From positions 7,197-71,196 of the IMG/VR virus record IMGVR_UViG_3300024346_000025: DNA of 64,000 bases. One strand, written 5' to 3'. This document shows positions 35,022 to 47,900 of this stretch, one piece after another. How positions within the stretch are numbered: the first letter of the stretch is position 1; every line of letters begins with the position of its first letter. Below the pieces are notes generated by a model that saw only the letters and a program-made list of their open reading frames with translations, was not told the DNA's origin and searched no databases. Source of the DNA: a virus (taxonomy: Duplodnaviria > Heunggongvirae > Uroviricota > Caudoviricetes). The translations under genes were made by a program, and so were the position numbers.

Positions 35022-35354
35022 ATGGCCACTGAACTGACTGTAAACACCCGCGTAAACGAAGCAATCCAGTATATCCTCAATGAGGAGACTGATCCAATTC
35101 TTGACATTGATGGTACTCGTTATCTTCTCGACGTTAGCAATTGGGGGCTTGGAAAGATTATGTGGACGCCGTTTGTAATCGAAACACAAACTATCGACGG
35201 TGAATATTCGTATTCATATCCTTACGCTGCACATAGCACGTTGCGCGATGTTGTTATAAATGCCAGTAGCAGAAATGGACCACGTGCTCCATTAACAACT
35301 ACCTATCCGACTCGTACATACGACCCATTGCCAAACGGTTCTGTTACTCCGTAA
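35022..35354 (+). CDS. hypothetical protein (110 aa)
   Basis: ORF. Confidence 0.4.
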   Translation: MATELTVNTRVNEAIQYILNEETDPILDIDGTRYLLDVSNWGLGKIMWTPFVIETQTIDGEYSYSYPYAAHSTLRDVVINASSRNGPRAPLTTTYPTRTYDPLPNGSVTP

Positions 35355-35363
35355 TTTTACAGC

Positions 35364-35723
35364 ATGGGTGAGATCACTACATTCGTTGGTGATGTACTAA
35401 GAATTCACAACGACTGGCCTTCGATGCATATACACGCTAATGAACTTTGCGTGGTTCTATATGTGCAAGTTTTAGACGATGAAATTTTAATTCCAAGCAT
35501 TGATGATGGTAGTGCTTGGGCTGCTATTATGTTGTTTGAAGATGGTGGGTACGGAACATTTAGGGAAGAGGAAGTGCAGACTCATTTTAGCATGACAGGG
35601 ATGTGCATGCCTGCAATTACGCTTGAATATAAATGGATCGGAATTAACGGTCTAATACGCGACTGGCATTCGGGTTTGTTTGATAGTGCGTTTGCGAGTT
35701 GCAAACAGTTACTTGATAAGTGA
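35364..35723 (+). CDS. hypothetical protein (119 aa)
   Basis: ORF. Confidence 0.4.
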   Translation: MGEITTFVGDVLRIHNDWPSMHIHANELCVVLYVQVLDDEILIPSIDDGSAWAAIMLFEDGGYGTFREEEVQTHFSMTGMCMPAITLEYKWIGINGLIRDWHSGLFDSAFASCKQLLDK

Positions 35724-35948
35724 CTCTTGCTTACAGGCGCAGTTACCACCGCAAGGACAGTCGCTCTTGACCTTTGTTACACTCCACACCAATGCTACTA
35801 GCCAACCCACTGTAGTCCAACCACCAAATATATTCAACACCCATATAGCACAAGCATTGTGATGATTCCTTACGGAAGCAATAATGCCTGGCACTAGGTA
35901 AACTAGTGCTGCTATTATTAGTGCTATAAAACCTACTAGTGTTTCCAT
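35709..35948 (-). CDS. small membrane protein, superinfection-immunity (T4 Imm, PF14373)-like; or holin
   Basis: METLVGFIALIIAALVYLVPGIIASVRNHHNACAIWVLNIFGGWTTVGWLVALVWS fits the Imm-family pattern (…P.IIA..R…VLN.FLGWT..GW..AL.W). Start moved to the internal ATG so it no longer overlaps the fibre gene. Confidence 0.45.
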   Translation of the reverse strand: METLVGFIALIIAALVYLVPGIIASVRNHHNACAIWVLNIFGGWTTVGWLVALVWSVTKVKSDCPCGGNCACKQESLIK

Positions 35949-35949
35949 A

Positions 35950-36423
35950 TTAATATATAGTTCTATATCCTGATGCGAATAGATGGACAGAAGTGGAAGC
36001 GATAGCTGTGCCTGTAACGCCATCGACACCTGTTCCGTCTATTCCAATATATACTGTGCCTGACCATTCATATTCAGGACCATCGGATAGTAGAGTTAGG
36101 GAATGGTCAAAATTTATAGTAGTCCATGTGTTCTCTGTCCAGGTAGAATCTGGGGATGTACCTGATGGGAGGCCAACGCCGTCAACCCACATTATTTCAT
36201 ATCCTAATCCTATGTTTGTAATAGGGCTACCAATATACCACTGATCAGTTAGGGTCAGCCATGCGCCCCAGGCACCTGTATTATTTCTGCGAGTTTGTGC
36301 TCTACCATCGCTGGTGAATCGAACGCTTCCTCCGTAGTTACCAGATGCACCGATTGAAAACTCTAAGTAAACACCGCCGCTGTCATACGACACGCCTGAG
36401 TTATGTAATGCCCATCCACTCAT
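35950..36423 (-). CDS. tail-fibre-associated structural protein (157 aa)
   Basis: Gly/Ser/Thr-rich; contiguous with the fibre gene. Confidence 0.5.
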   Translation of the reverse strand: MSGWALHNSGVSYDSGGVYLEFSIGASGNYGGSVRFTSDGRAQTRRNNTGAWGAWLTLTDQWYIGSPITNIGLGYEIMWVDGVGLPSGTSPDSTWTENTWTTINFDHSLTLLSDGPEYEWSGTVYIGIDGTGVDGVTGTAIASTSVHLFASGYRTIY

Positions 36424-36424
36424 C

Positions 36425-38152
36425 TTAGCTTATACCTGCACCGTAGATCCAAAACTCATCATCGCTAACTTTGTATATGGTTGCAACACCGCCAGGAGCT
36501 AGACTTCTGTTGCCTGTGCTTGTGGTCGAACCGGTCAACCAATAGAGATATGTAAGATTATAACATGTAATAGATACTGCACCAGAGGTCCCGCGATTAG
36601 CAACGCCCCATATTGTTCCAGCTGGTATGGTTAAATCATTCGGGATAAAATATGTGTATGCAGTTGTGTCATCCTTGTATATCATGTTCTGGTTGTTGTT
36701 TTTAGAGAATGTATATGTAAGATTTCTCTTATATGGAATCATTGTTGCAAAACCGATATCGCGCTGCGTACCGTCTGCACCCTTAACTGTTGCTGCACTG
36801 AGCTTATCAGTCAAAACAGTGTGATCTTGCGTAATAATAGCACCGGTGCCAGACGTACCATAATATATACTTACGGCAGTAGTGTTACCGTAAATACGGT
36901 CTGTACGTAAACCACTAGTTGTTGCTGGGAATGTCCACTGGCCTGCAATTGATGTAGTTGCAGCCGCTTGAGTAAAGGCAGTTCCTACAGTAGGTGTACC
37001 GCTTACATCCAAATAATGTGCGTTGAGGTTTGCTACTCTATATGTGCTGTCAACTGTGAATGGTGCTGATACACCAGAAGTACCACTATTAAATGCAGGC
37101 CGAGCAGTATATGTCCAGAGACCAGTTATAGTATCTGTACTTCCTTTCTGTGGATAAAATTCAGCATAGTCTCCTGCCTGTGTTACTACTGTGCCCGTAC
37201 GCGGTTCGTTAGTAGGACCAAAGCTATCTACCGCACCACCGCCACCACCAGCACCAAGCGGTCCAACTGTATCGCCGTTTATGCGTACATACATACCACC
37301 AGAGGTTGTCCAAACATCTCCATCTTGGAGAAATGGCGTAGAAGGAGCGTCACCAGGCGGAATGTTTAATCCTGCTGAGGATAAGGTGCTCTCTTTTACA
37401 GATAGTTTTCCAGTAATACCACTATATTTCAGTTCTGGAGTAGGGTTATCATGGTTTGTTTTTTCCCACTGTGTGCTATTGAACCAAAACATCTGTCCTG
37501 TTGTAGGAGCAGGCGGGCCAGCCACACTAACGTCTTCGAGGCTGTCCAGTGCTATTGTACCGGCAGTTGCGGAGAGATTCACCGGTGTTCCGCCACCGTT
37601 TACGAACCATAGATCAGTACCATCAACATATATGTCACCAAACGTTGTTGTGGTATATGTGGTACCTGTAATTTTTAATGCGGGAGAAGTTGCATTTGAA
37701 GATGTAACTAGAAGATCTGCTGTAACTTGGCCTGTACTAGAACCATTGGACACACTTAGGTTGTCAAAATAACCATAGCGCCAACGTAGTGGACCTGATG
37801 TTGAACCAATGTCGTATGTGCTATCTACTGCTGGTAATAAATTACCAGTAATACTAGCTGCGCCGCCAGTGTTTGTTAATATTTCATCCCAAGAACCGCC
37901 ATTCCAAACTTGCATAGCGTTAGATGTAGTATTATACCATAACTGACCAATTAATCTATCTATGGAACCTGTTCCCGGGGCCGTGGTATGCGCAAAATTT
38001 TCCAAGCTCCACATAAGCGCCTGGGCAACCGACTCACCGTAATTTGTTGTATTCTGCCCTAATAGCGGAATTGTATACCTGTTATCAACACTACCTTCAG
38101 TTACGACAACCGAGGTTGCGCCGTTGGAAAGTGTAAAACTATAATTGGCCAT
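36425..38152 (-). CDS. tail fibre protein (575 aa)
   Basis: Thr/Gly/Ser-rich beta-protein in the baseplate module; late-promoter-like motif 26 nt upstream. Confidence 0.6.
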   Translation of the reverse strand: MANYSFTLSNGATSVVVTEGSVDNRYTIPLLGQNTTNYGESVAQALMWSLENFAHTTAPGTGSIDRLIGQLWYNTTSNAMQVWNGGSWDEILTNTGGAASITGNLLPAVDSTYDIGSTSGPLRWRYGYFDNLSVSNGSSTGQVTADLLVTSSNATSPALKITGTTYTTTTFGDIYVDGTDLWFVNGGGTPVNLSATAGTIALDSLEDVSVAGPPAPTTGQMFWFNSTQWEKTNHDNPTPELKYSGITGKLSVKESTLSSAGLNIPPGDAPSTPFLQDGDVWTTSGGMYVRINGDTVGPLGAGGGGGAVDSFGPTNEPRTGTVVTQAGDYAEFYPQKGSTDTITGLWTYTARPAFNSGTSGVSAPFTVDSTYRVANLNAHYLDVSGTPTVGTAFTQAAATTSIAGQWTFPATTSGLRTDRIYGNTTAVSIYYGTSGTGAIITQDHTVLTDKLSAATVKGADGTQRDIGFATMIPYKRNLTYTFSKNNNQNMIYKDDTTAYTYFIPNDLTIPAGTIWGVANRGTSGAVSITCYNLTYLYWLTGSTTSTGNRSLAPGGVATIYKVSDDEFWIYGAGIS

Positions 38153-38175
38153 CTTCTATAAGCTCCTGTTTATAT

Positions 38176-38188
38176 CTTTATTTATCTG
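38176..38188 (-). promoter_or_regulatory. late-promoter-like motif (minus-strand sense AGATAAATAAAG)
   Basis: Plus-strand CTTTATTTATCTGG; about 26 nt upstream of the 575-aa fibre gene ATG. Confidence 0.35.
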
Positions 38189-38190
38189 GT

Positions 38191-38823
38191 TTATGGTCCC
38201 ATTTGGACTCTAATAGTGTACTCAATTTGCAACTCCCGGTTTGCGGCTTTTTGTACAGGATGGAAAATAACGTGGGTTACCATACGACCATCTGGGGCAA
38301 AGCTAAAGGATCCTGCTGTTGTAGCTGATCCAAGATCACCCATCGTTGTGCCAGTATATAGTGCTATTTCATCAAAAACATATGTGCCATTTGTTGTTGC
38401 GGCTGTATCTATACTGGATTGTAAAAATTCTGGGTTTACGTTGTCTGGCTCGCCGAACGATAACGTAGCAATTGATTGCAGATCAGCGAAATTGGATGTT
38501 CCTGCTACAGAGCTAATGCTATTGCCTGCTGCTGTAAGATCTTGCCAGTATGTTGGTTGGTATGGTTCAGCGGCTGGGTCTTGTAAATTGCTTGTATTTG
38601 GTGACCTATAAGAAATATTGCCCGAGCTGTCTATGCTTGTGCCGCCGCTGCCGAATACCATATTCGAAATGTGACCAATAGCATCACCAGCTAATGCGTT
38701 AGCAATCGCCCAAGAGATATTGCCGAAATGTATGGCATTTTTCTGGTCTACCAGTTTTTCGCCAGTAGCTTTATCAGTTATTATAAGATGCCCTTCAGCA
38801 TGATGTTTCATCGTCTCAAACAT
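38191..38823 (-). CDS. virion structural protein (210 aa)
   Basis: Module context only. Confidence 0.45.
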   Translation of the reverse strand: MFETMKHHAEGHLIITDKATGEKLVDQKNAIHFGNISWAIANALAGDAIGHISNMVFGSGGTSIDSSGNISYRSPNTSNLQDPAAEPYQPTYWQDLTAAGNSISSVAGTSNFADLQSIATLSFGEPDNVNPEFLQSSIDTAATTNGTYVFDEIALYTGTTMGDLGSATTAGSFSFAPDGRMVTHVIFHPVQKAANRELQIEYTIRVQMGP

Positions 38824-38960
38824 ATTATCCTCTTGTGTTTATGATCTCTTTGCCACTCTTTTTATCTTTTATAACAAGGTGGGCTGCGGCCGATCCAGGC
38901 AGTGTTTCGTCTGGTTTTTTATCTTCCGTTGCAGTTTGTTTAGTGTCTTTGTCCATCCAA

Positions 38961-38969
38961 CTATTTATC
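38961..38969 (-). promoter_or_regulatory. late-promoter-like motif (minus-strand sense TGATAAATAG) in the 155-nt gap after the giant gene
   Basis: Plus-strand CTATTTATCA at 38961-38970. Confidence 0.3.
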
Positions 38970-38979
38970 AACTTTCCGT

Positions 38980-41900
38980 TTATAGTGCGTTACCTGCTTC
39001 TGCATTTATGAATACTGCTTGCGCCGTTGTAGAAGCATTTAATCCACCAGCATTTTGTTGATCTACTGACCATGTTAGCGTATTGGCGCCGGTTATGCGA
39101 CCCGCTGTATTGTAAATTGGGGCTGAAGGTAGTTCTAAAGCTTCAGTATCAAATATACCTGTTGCTGTCGCTGTTCCGTCTCCTGAACCTGTTAAGTCAA
39201 AATTCACCGTGCCAGTTTCTGCTGATCCTGATCCGCGAGATATTATACTAATCGCTGTAATTGCGCCGCTGCCATCGACCGCAGCTACCTCAGCCAGCGG
39301 ATGATAGAACTCAAATTCTGATCCAGAACCTGAGGCTGTAGTAATTGAATCCACTGTAGTGAATGTGTATCCACTACCTCGGTTGCTGAATGTTAGCGAT
39401 GTTATTCCGCCTAGACCATTTATAGTACCAACAGTAGCAGCTCCACTACTACCATCTCCGCCAAAGTTAATGGTATCTCCGACCAAATAATTTATACCAC
39501 CGTTAGTAATTACAGGATCTGGGATTTGAGTTGGGATTGGCGCCGCATCACCCACGCTATACCCTGCAGCACCATCTGTAATAGTAATTATACTCAGCTC
39601 ACCAACAGGTATGATTGTCGTGCTATATTCGCGAGCAATTGCACCACCACTTGTAACATTGAGTGTATCACCATTAGCCATATTAGCAGTAAATAAATTA
39701 TCTGTCCCGTCACTAAAAATTATAGTACCATCAAAGTTATCTTGCCATATACCGTCTGTTCCACTATAAATGCTTGCGCTTGTTGTATCAACCCAGTATA
39801 CTTCTGGGAGTGCAATTTCCTGTGAGGCTCCACCTGCAAACATTTTGACGCCCGAATCATGTGCGCTTAGTGTTGTACCAAGCGTACCTCTGCGGACACC
39901 TAGTAGCAAATTATTTACTTCATCAGCACCATATGCCTCAATGCGTTCGTTGCCGATCCATGCTATTAGCGGTGTTGTTAGTGTTGGGGCAGTTGCTGAC
40001 TCGTATAACAACGTCACGTCTGTTACTGCAATTATATCGTCTGTTAGACCAATTGCTGCTATAGTGGTTGTGCTTGCGCTATCAGCGTTACGTATGTAAT
40101 GCGAGTTATGCACTGTATCGTAATGTATGCGGAAGCTTGTTGATCCATTGGCCATATTCATTGTTGCTACATTAGCTAGTGTACCAGCTGTTGTTATGGT
40201 TGTTATTTGTTCGTTTACACTGGTTCCGCCCATAGTCTCAACAACATAAATAAAACGGTAAGTAGATCCGTCGTCATAAGTATGATCTACTGTGTATGTT
40301 CCGTCTTTTGTTGCATCAAAGCTATTCACAACGGTTATAGAATCACCCGGAGAGAGTGTTAGTACATCCGCACAATTAAGTACGCTATATGGGATTCTTA
40401 TTCCCCATAACGGAGCATCTGCTAGATCATTACGGATGGCTATTGGCCCACCTATGCTAACGTTAGTGATGTTTAAACCCGTAACAGCATCGGTTTGTAT
40501 GGTTACAGGATTTGCTGGATACACAGAATATGTTCCAGGCTCAGTAATATCGAATGTATCTATTGCACCTGTTGAAATATTTACGCCTGTTACAGTTATC
40601 TGTAATGGAGTAGTAAATGTTCCGCCTTGCGCGGTTAGTACGTCATCAATTGCAAAGCTAGTACCACCATCTACGATCGCATAGGGAATATCTGTTGTAT
40701 CAGCAACTAGCACAAACGATTCTCTTGGATCAAGCGGAACCATTTCATCTGTTATGCCTTCATTGACTTGCGGGTTGATTAGATCACCAGCTTCAATATA
40801 TGTAAACAACTGGATGTTATTTGTGCCAACACCCGGTGCCGTAATAAATACAAGCTTGCCTGCAATGAAGAAGTAGTCCACGTTCAAACGCATTTCGACA
40901 CCGTCAACCACAGCAAACATAAAGTAGGTTGGCGTTGTGGTAACGATTGCAAATTCTCGTGTCGTGCCGTCTCCGTCAAATTCTTCTTCTGCAGGAATAT
41001 CAGCAAATAGGTTCAGACCATCAGCAGCATCACCTAAACCGTCAAGCAATGTAATGCTATTGTCATTGTCGTTGGAGTCCCAACCGATCTGATCCCAAGG
41101 GAGGCTATCCCATGGTTGTGTATCACCCGCTTTGAATACAAGCGATGTAACACTTCCGTCAGTGCCCGACCCTCCCAACAATAGCACAGGATCAATGGTT
41201 GGTTTTTGCACGTATGCACCGCCGCTTAATAGTTTCAATCCTGTTATCTCTCCGCTACCACCAATAGATAGAACACGGAACGCAGCGGGTGCCTTTGGAA
41301 TACCACTACCAGCGTCTAGATATAATGTATCACCAACAACATAACCCGTACCAGCCGCAGAAATGTCTGCGCTAATCAACGATGGGAAGCTACCAAATAG
41401 CGTGTTTTGTAGTGTAATACCAGTAAAGTCTGCTGCAAATTCTTGGATGATTCTCTCATTCAATGCTGCTACTGCTTCGATCTCAGTCTGCGTAGGCGCC
41501 ATGCCCACAGCAGTTACAGAATAACTACTTAGTAGGTCAGGGTCTAAACCTGTTGCAAGGTCAGTAATGTCTGCCAACAAATCTCTTTGTTGTGCAGCGT
41601 AACGTCCAGCAGCACCTAAGCGCACCAGTGTCGCACCAGCGTCTAATGTACTGTAACCATCATACGTTGCAGATCCCATACCTAACGCTTTTACAATACG
41701 TGCCTCAGCAATACTAAAATCGCCGCCGCGCACTCTATCGTAATACAATGTCATACTCATATTACGTAGGATTTCCTCGGCTGAACCTGGCAGCACATCT
41801 GTGTCTGCTGCACGTACAATGGTGTAGTCGCGTAGCTTGGAGTGGTATGGCTTCGCCTCCGTAATATAATCTACGGCGCTGTCAAACGGATCATTTTGAT

Positions 41901-44900
41901 AAACGCTATTTTGAGACAGACCTTGTCCTGTTTGTTTCAAATATAAATATGTAGTCTTGAATACCCAGTCCAGATCCTCTTGTTCTTTGAATATATAATT
42001 TAGTAGTGCAAAGAATGTAAGGTTGTTGTCAACTTCGCGTTCACCTACAAACACTTCAGTTTGTAATGCCGTGATCAACTCACGCAACTCTAAAGCTTCA
42101 GGAAGATTTGGGTTGTTTTCCCAAATTATATCTAACAATTCTAACCTCGTTGCTTCACGACCAACCAACGTATACGTATCTGTTGGTCCATCATAAGCAT
42201 ATAGACTATACCGTGCACCAGTGACCTTGACAATTTCACCATGGTACGGGTTTGCAAGCCCATCTAATGCGGAGACCGCTGTTACTTGCCTTGTAGGAAT
42301 TGTGTTGGTGCTGTCGTATCCATCCTCATACCAGTTTACCCACTCCCACAACGTGTTAGTGGTCATGCTTGCGTTCCATGCGGAGTTTTCATCACGTAGC
42401 AAAATTGGAGATACTAGCTCGTTCACTTTTTGCACAAATATTTTTCTTGCAGTCTGTATGTCCATAAACATAGACTGTAGTGGGCGCCGTTTGATGCCGT
42501 ACTTGTTGCTGTCGCTTAGTGTTGGGTCTGGTACAATCAGGTAGCCCATTGAAGAATCGGCTGCTGATGGTAGCGCATTGTTGAAGTTATACAACGGATA
42601 TTCGTCGTTACCCGCTGTGGAATTGTTTATAGGTACTAGGTCTGTAAATCCTACAAGCGAATCGACCATCTTATCCCAGATGTGCGTGTTCACCGTATAA
42701 TTGCTGTCACCTTCACGCGCTAGTTCCCACTGTACGTGACGCTTGTCTTCCATCTCTAGCTTGCTAAAGTTGATCTGGAATACGTTGTCACTGTCAGTAA
42801 ACACGCCCTCAACACCAGCAAACATAAATCCTGTTTGACTGACTGGGCTGAACCATGCGTAGTTTTGTGCGTGAGGGTTAGCTATCAATCTTGCTACCTC
42901 ACTGGAGGCTAGTGTCCTGTCTTTGCGGTTAGGAACGGTCGTAATACCCTTTACCCAGAAATAGTAGAAGGTGCGCACTGTCTCTAACAGGTCGTCCCAC
43001 TCTTCCTTTTCCACGTAGTCGGTCGTATTACGCACTGTGCCGTCACCAGTATAGCTCGCTGGAACCACTGTGCTTCGTGTCCACTCATAAATGTCAATCG
43101 AAGAACCAGTGAACAGCGCACCCCAGTTGTCTCTGCGGTACTCATCGTCGCCCTGCTCGTAATACAAATATGCGCATGTGGATAAATCCCACCATGCTAG
43201 GCCAACTTGATTGCCGCCAAATGTTGTACCAGTGTTTATCAAACGTGCGTCACTAGCATTTGTGTATCGTGCTGGATCGCGCCTTGTCTTGTAGGCGATA
43301 TTTAGATCCGCAGGACCAGGAATGGTTCCTTTGAACGGGTCATACAAAGGCAATTGCGCAAGCGTGTCTTTAGTATCGTACTCATAAACAAAGCCGCTGC
43401 GGAATTTTTCCGTGTCAACAAGATTGCTCTGTGTGCGCGTTACTGTAAACGCTGGAGTAGACTGAACCTCAGCAAAGCTTAGGCCGTTGTCGTCTATCCA
43501 CACAGTGGCTACACTGCTAGCCGTTATGTGCGCTGCCTGTGCGTCCCTTGCTGTCTCATCAGCGAACCGTACGTCTAACAGGCTCATGTACGCAATGGAC
43601 GTAGGCACTGTTTCTACGGTTGGGAATGTGTCGTCCGCTACTGGAACGCCATCCTTGCTAATAATGTAGTTGGGGTGTGCAACGTCAACTGCATAGTCGT
43701 ACAGTGTGTTGCCAACGTAAATCTTGCCTACGCCTGTTGCGCTATTTCCTAGGAAGGTTAGGTTTCCAACATCCTCATACGGGGCCACAGACATCGTGAC
43801 CTTGCCCGCTGCTGCAACATAGCCTACGTCGTTTATGCCTAGCTGCGTTATTGTGCCAGCGTAGCTGTATAATGCGTATACTGCCCAATCCTCATTTTCT
43901 GATTTTGCGACCCAAATTGTTTCACCGTTTGTGCTTGGTGGTATTGGTGCCGCTGCTAAACCGTCAATTGCGTCTACGTCAAATACCATATAGTCAATGT
44001 CATCTGTATGCACAAATCCTGCGTTAGGAATTTGTGTCGAGACGTCTGCTAGTGCAATTGTAGGCCACAATTCAGTGCCAACTTTACATGCTACGTTGCT
44101 GGGTTTAATCAACCAACGCGCATTGTCATCTGCGTCTATCACAATTACATCATCGTTTGCTATGTCAGTGTCAATGTCGTATACCATTGTAGCCACTGCA
44201 CGATCACTTGTCGCCGTTACAGCACCGTTTATTAATACCTGCGGTGTGCTTGTGTAACCACTACCGTTGTTTAGCATGTCAATGCGTGATAGGTAACCGT
44301 CAGAATCGAGTATAGCTGTCGCTGTTGCGCTTGAACCACCGCCACCAGTAAACGTAACTGCTGGGGCTGTTGTCCATACGTTGCTGGAGCTTACTATGTT
44401 TACCGCGCTTACACTTGCTGTAGCAGTTGGGTCTTGTGCTTGACCTGGGTAAGACAATACCACCAGTTGTGGGTCGCCCTTGACCTCGTTAGCATGGATT
44501 AGGAATTCAGTTATGTTGCTATTGCACACTGGACCAAACTCGCCCAATTTTAATGCCCACTCGCCATACACTAATAGTTCTTGACCTACGTCTGTAACAA
44601 TCTCATTGCGCTCTAGCTTTTTAATGGCCTGTAGCGTACCTTTCTGGCGTGTCATGCCCTTGTAAAACTGGAACTGTGCGTCGTCATGTAGACCTAAGTC
44701 GTTAAAGTATCCGCGCTCCTCAAAACCAATGAGGTGTCGTGCTGTGTCTTCAATTTGCGGGTTGTCTAGGAACGATTCTGTGTCATGGTAGTCACGGATG
44801 CTGTTGACCATGTTCTCAAAGTTTGGCACTAGCCCAGTGTCTGTAACTAGGTAGCCAGGTGCTTCAAGCTTGCCGATCCAGTCTAACGTCTTGCGACCGT

Positions 44901-47900
44901 TAAAGAATAGGCGTGCCAGTCTCGAACCTAATCGAGGATCGTAAATCGTGTCGTTGAATTCAGTCACGTTATCGAACGCAACAATATTTTCAGTTTCGGT
45001 TGTGTAAATGCGCGCGGAGTAGATACCTTGCTGTTCCAGTTGAGGTAGTATGGTTATCTTTCTGTCATCGCGCTTGATGGTTGTGTTGCCAGGGTCAATG
45101 GCAACGCCATTTTTGTCTAGGATGCTGTACACGCCGTTTACAATTTTTTCTACGTTCGTTGGATAGCCTTCCTGTGCTTCGAGGACAACGCCTTGTGCCG
45201 CAGGACTTAGCATGATGATGCTGCCTGCTTCCCAGTTTGTTGCAACCCAAAACAAGAATTCTTTAGCCGAGGCCAACCAGTTTTCTAGCTTGCCAGTTTC
45301 AGCATTTATGTTCTCAAAGACCCAGCCCTCACTTTCGAGGAAGTCGCTGTAGCCAATAATAAAATCAAACAGTGCCTGCACTGTTGTAAACGTGTGACCG
45401 TATTCTATTGTTGCTAACGAACCAGTACCTTGCTTCTTATGCGTTACATTCAAGCCACCTGTTATCGGAAGTGTTGTCAACTTCTGCCAGTTTGCTGGGA
45501 TCCAGCTACTTGCTGTATGTGCTACTATAGCACGGTAATATACGCCATTCAAGCGCACAATTGATCCTATAGCATACGTCTGACCAGTTGTGTAGTTTGT
45601 AAATGCCGCTGGCTTACCACCAATGTTTATGTTGGTGTCGGTGTTAGACGCTGTACGCGGTTCGTAAGTAAACTCACCGCTTAGTACATCATAGCCATAG
45701 ACCTTGAACGTGCCATCAGCAATAGCTTTTACTAGTACGCCTCCGTAAAAATATTCGCGCACTGGTGCACCTGTGTGCAACGATACTTCGATATTTTCCG
45801 TTGGGATTAGAAGATTGGACGAGGATGAGGACACGCTGACACCTTCAACAAATACGCGCATTGTGTCTGCGTCTGTAAATGCAGCCATCTTATGACCTAG
45901 TTTCACATCCAGTGATCGTACCAGCTCGCCAAACTCGCTTGTCAAATCCTTATTCAGTGTGCGTAAGCGTCCACTGATCCAAACCTGATAGCCAGTGCGC
46001 ACCTGTGCAACACCGCTTAGTGTCTCACCATGCACGTATAGACCGCTGTTACCAGTTCTCTGGTATAGCCCATCTACGTCTGTAACGATTTGCTCGACCT
46101 TCACTGGGCAGGTTACCACATGCTCAGGATCCCAATATTTTTCTCCAAATTCGCCTGGGCGGGATAGGAACAACGCCTCAGCAACGGCAAACGGATAGCT
46201 CTCACTCGTACGCCATGCAAATTCCACAGGACCCATGTCACCAAATATCCAGTCGCTTTGTGCTTCTGCACTTGACGGTGCGGTCAACGATGCTGATACG
46301 TCAATAGCTAACAGCGGTGTTGCCTTGAGCGCACCTAGGCTGTCAACAGGCACATAGCCGGCGACCAATCCTGGTCGTGCGTATCGTGTATCTGTCCCTG
46401 CCCTATCGCCTCTGCGGATGAGACCTGCTTCGAGATCTGTCCACATAGCGTGAGATGCTGGCCAAGGTCCTGCGCCGTAGCCAATGAATCCATCACCTGT
46501 GTTTGGCGTTGCTGTCCACCACGTTGGTTCCTCGCGGAAGCCTAACATTTCCCAAGGTGTCGATTCTGGTGTTTGCGTATCGTAATAGTAATCAAAAATG
46601 CCGCGCCAGTAACCAGCAAGTGCCTCACCATCCACATCAGTTACGTCATTGTAGTTCCATGTCCATGTGTCTACGGAACTGTAGTAACTGTTAGTACGGT
46701 AGTCAGCCTTGTTGGTCGATGTCCACTTGTAGAACGGTGATTTAATTAGGCTGTGATATTCATCTGTTGTCCAGCGTGTCTCGCGGAACTTACCAGGCTT
46801 CACATCTGTGAGGGCTAGCGGAAGTATATCTAGTGTGCGGAACTTTTCAATAATGCCGTTGTAGATGCGTGTCTCAAATTCAATAAGTAGCTCATCGCGG
46901 TAATCGCCATACACTGGCACACGTGAACCATCATGACCAATAATTACATCCGTTGGAGTCATGTAACTGGAGTCAGTTACAATCTCAGGCTTGTACACTG
47001 GATATATGCCGAGCTTACTTGGTGTTGCTGGAATGTGCGCTGGTGTAGTATCTGCAAACAAACGAACAACAACCTCGTCAGACACAATTAGGTTCGCCGG
47101 GAATGTGATTTGTATTGGGTTGAGATTCGATATTGTATAATCGCGGTCTACTAGCTGTAAGGTATCATTTAGATACACATACATAGCGTTGCGTGGATCT
47201 TCGAGGTCTATGAAATCGGTTAGTGTAAAACTGGCTTGTGCTAATCCAGTGAACGTTGTCTCTTCGTATGTGTTACTCCACGACAGCATGTAGGTATCTT
47301 TGAAGGCATTTGTGTATTCCCTAGACACTGTAATACGACGGATTATTTCATCCATCCACTGATTCACTGGGATTGTGTCGCCAGCGTTAAACGGTGTGAA
47401 TCCTTCGTTGATTAGTTGTGCTGCAATCTTAACAAACTTGTTCTTGTAGCGTGTATATTCCTTACTAGAGAAACGTAATGCCTCGATCACATCCAATTCA
47501 TTGCTTGATGTTACAAGCATAGCCTTTAGCAATGGCGACTGATTCTGCAAAATATATGAGCCTAGCGAACCGTCTTTTGCCGTGTCTCTATAATTGTTTA
47601 TGGAACCAAACGATGCACCTTCAAACGGTACTTGGTTTTCAATTATGCTTACAAAATGACTTGTAAAATCATTCCAGCTTTGCTCTGTTATCTCTAAGTT
47701 ATTTGGGTTGTTCTCTAGCTCGTTTGGAATTTCAAAATATCCACGGTCAGCGGCGACTATCGCCTCATGCGTGTATACAAATATTTCCACTATGGTGTTA
47801 ATGCCGGGGGCACCTGAGGTTTGATCGCGACCTTCTACGATTGCACCGTTTACTGGAGCTGTAGCAAACGTGATGCTTGGTTCTGGTGAAAGGAAATTTA

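Noticed and set aside
35950-36029. Apparent 80-nt overlap, suggesting a frameshift, between the minus-strand ORFs 35709..36029 and 35950..36423
   Set aside because: Resolved by using the internal ATG (35948) of the downstream ORF, which makes the genes abut. No slippery sequence is needed.
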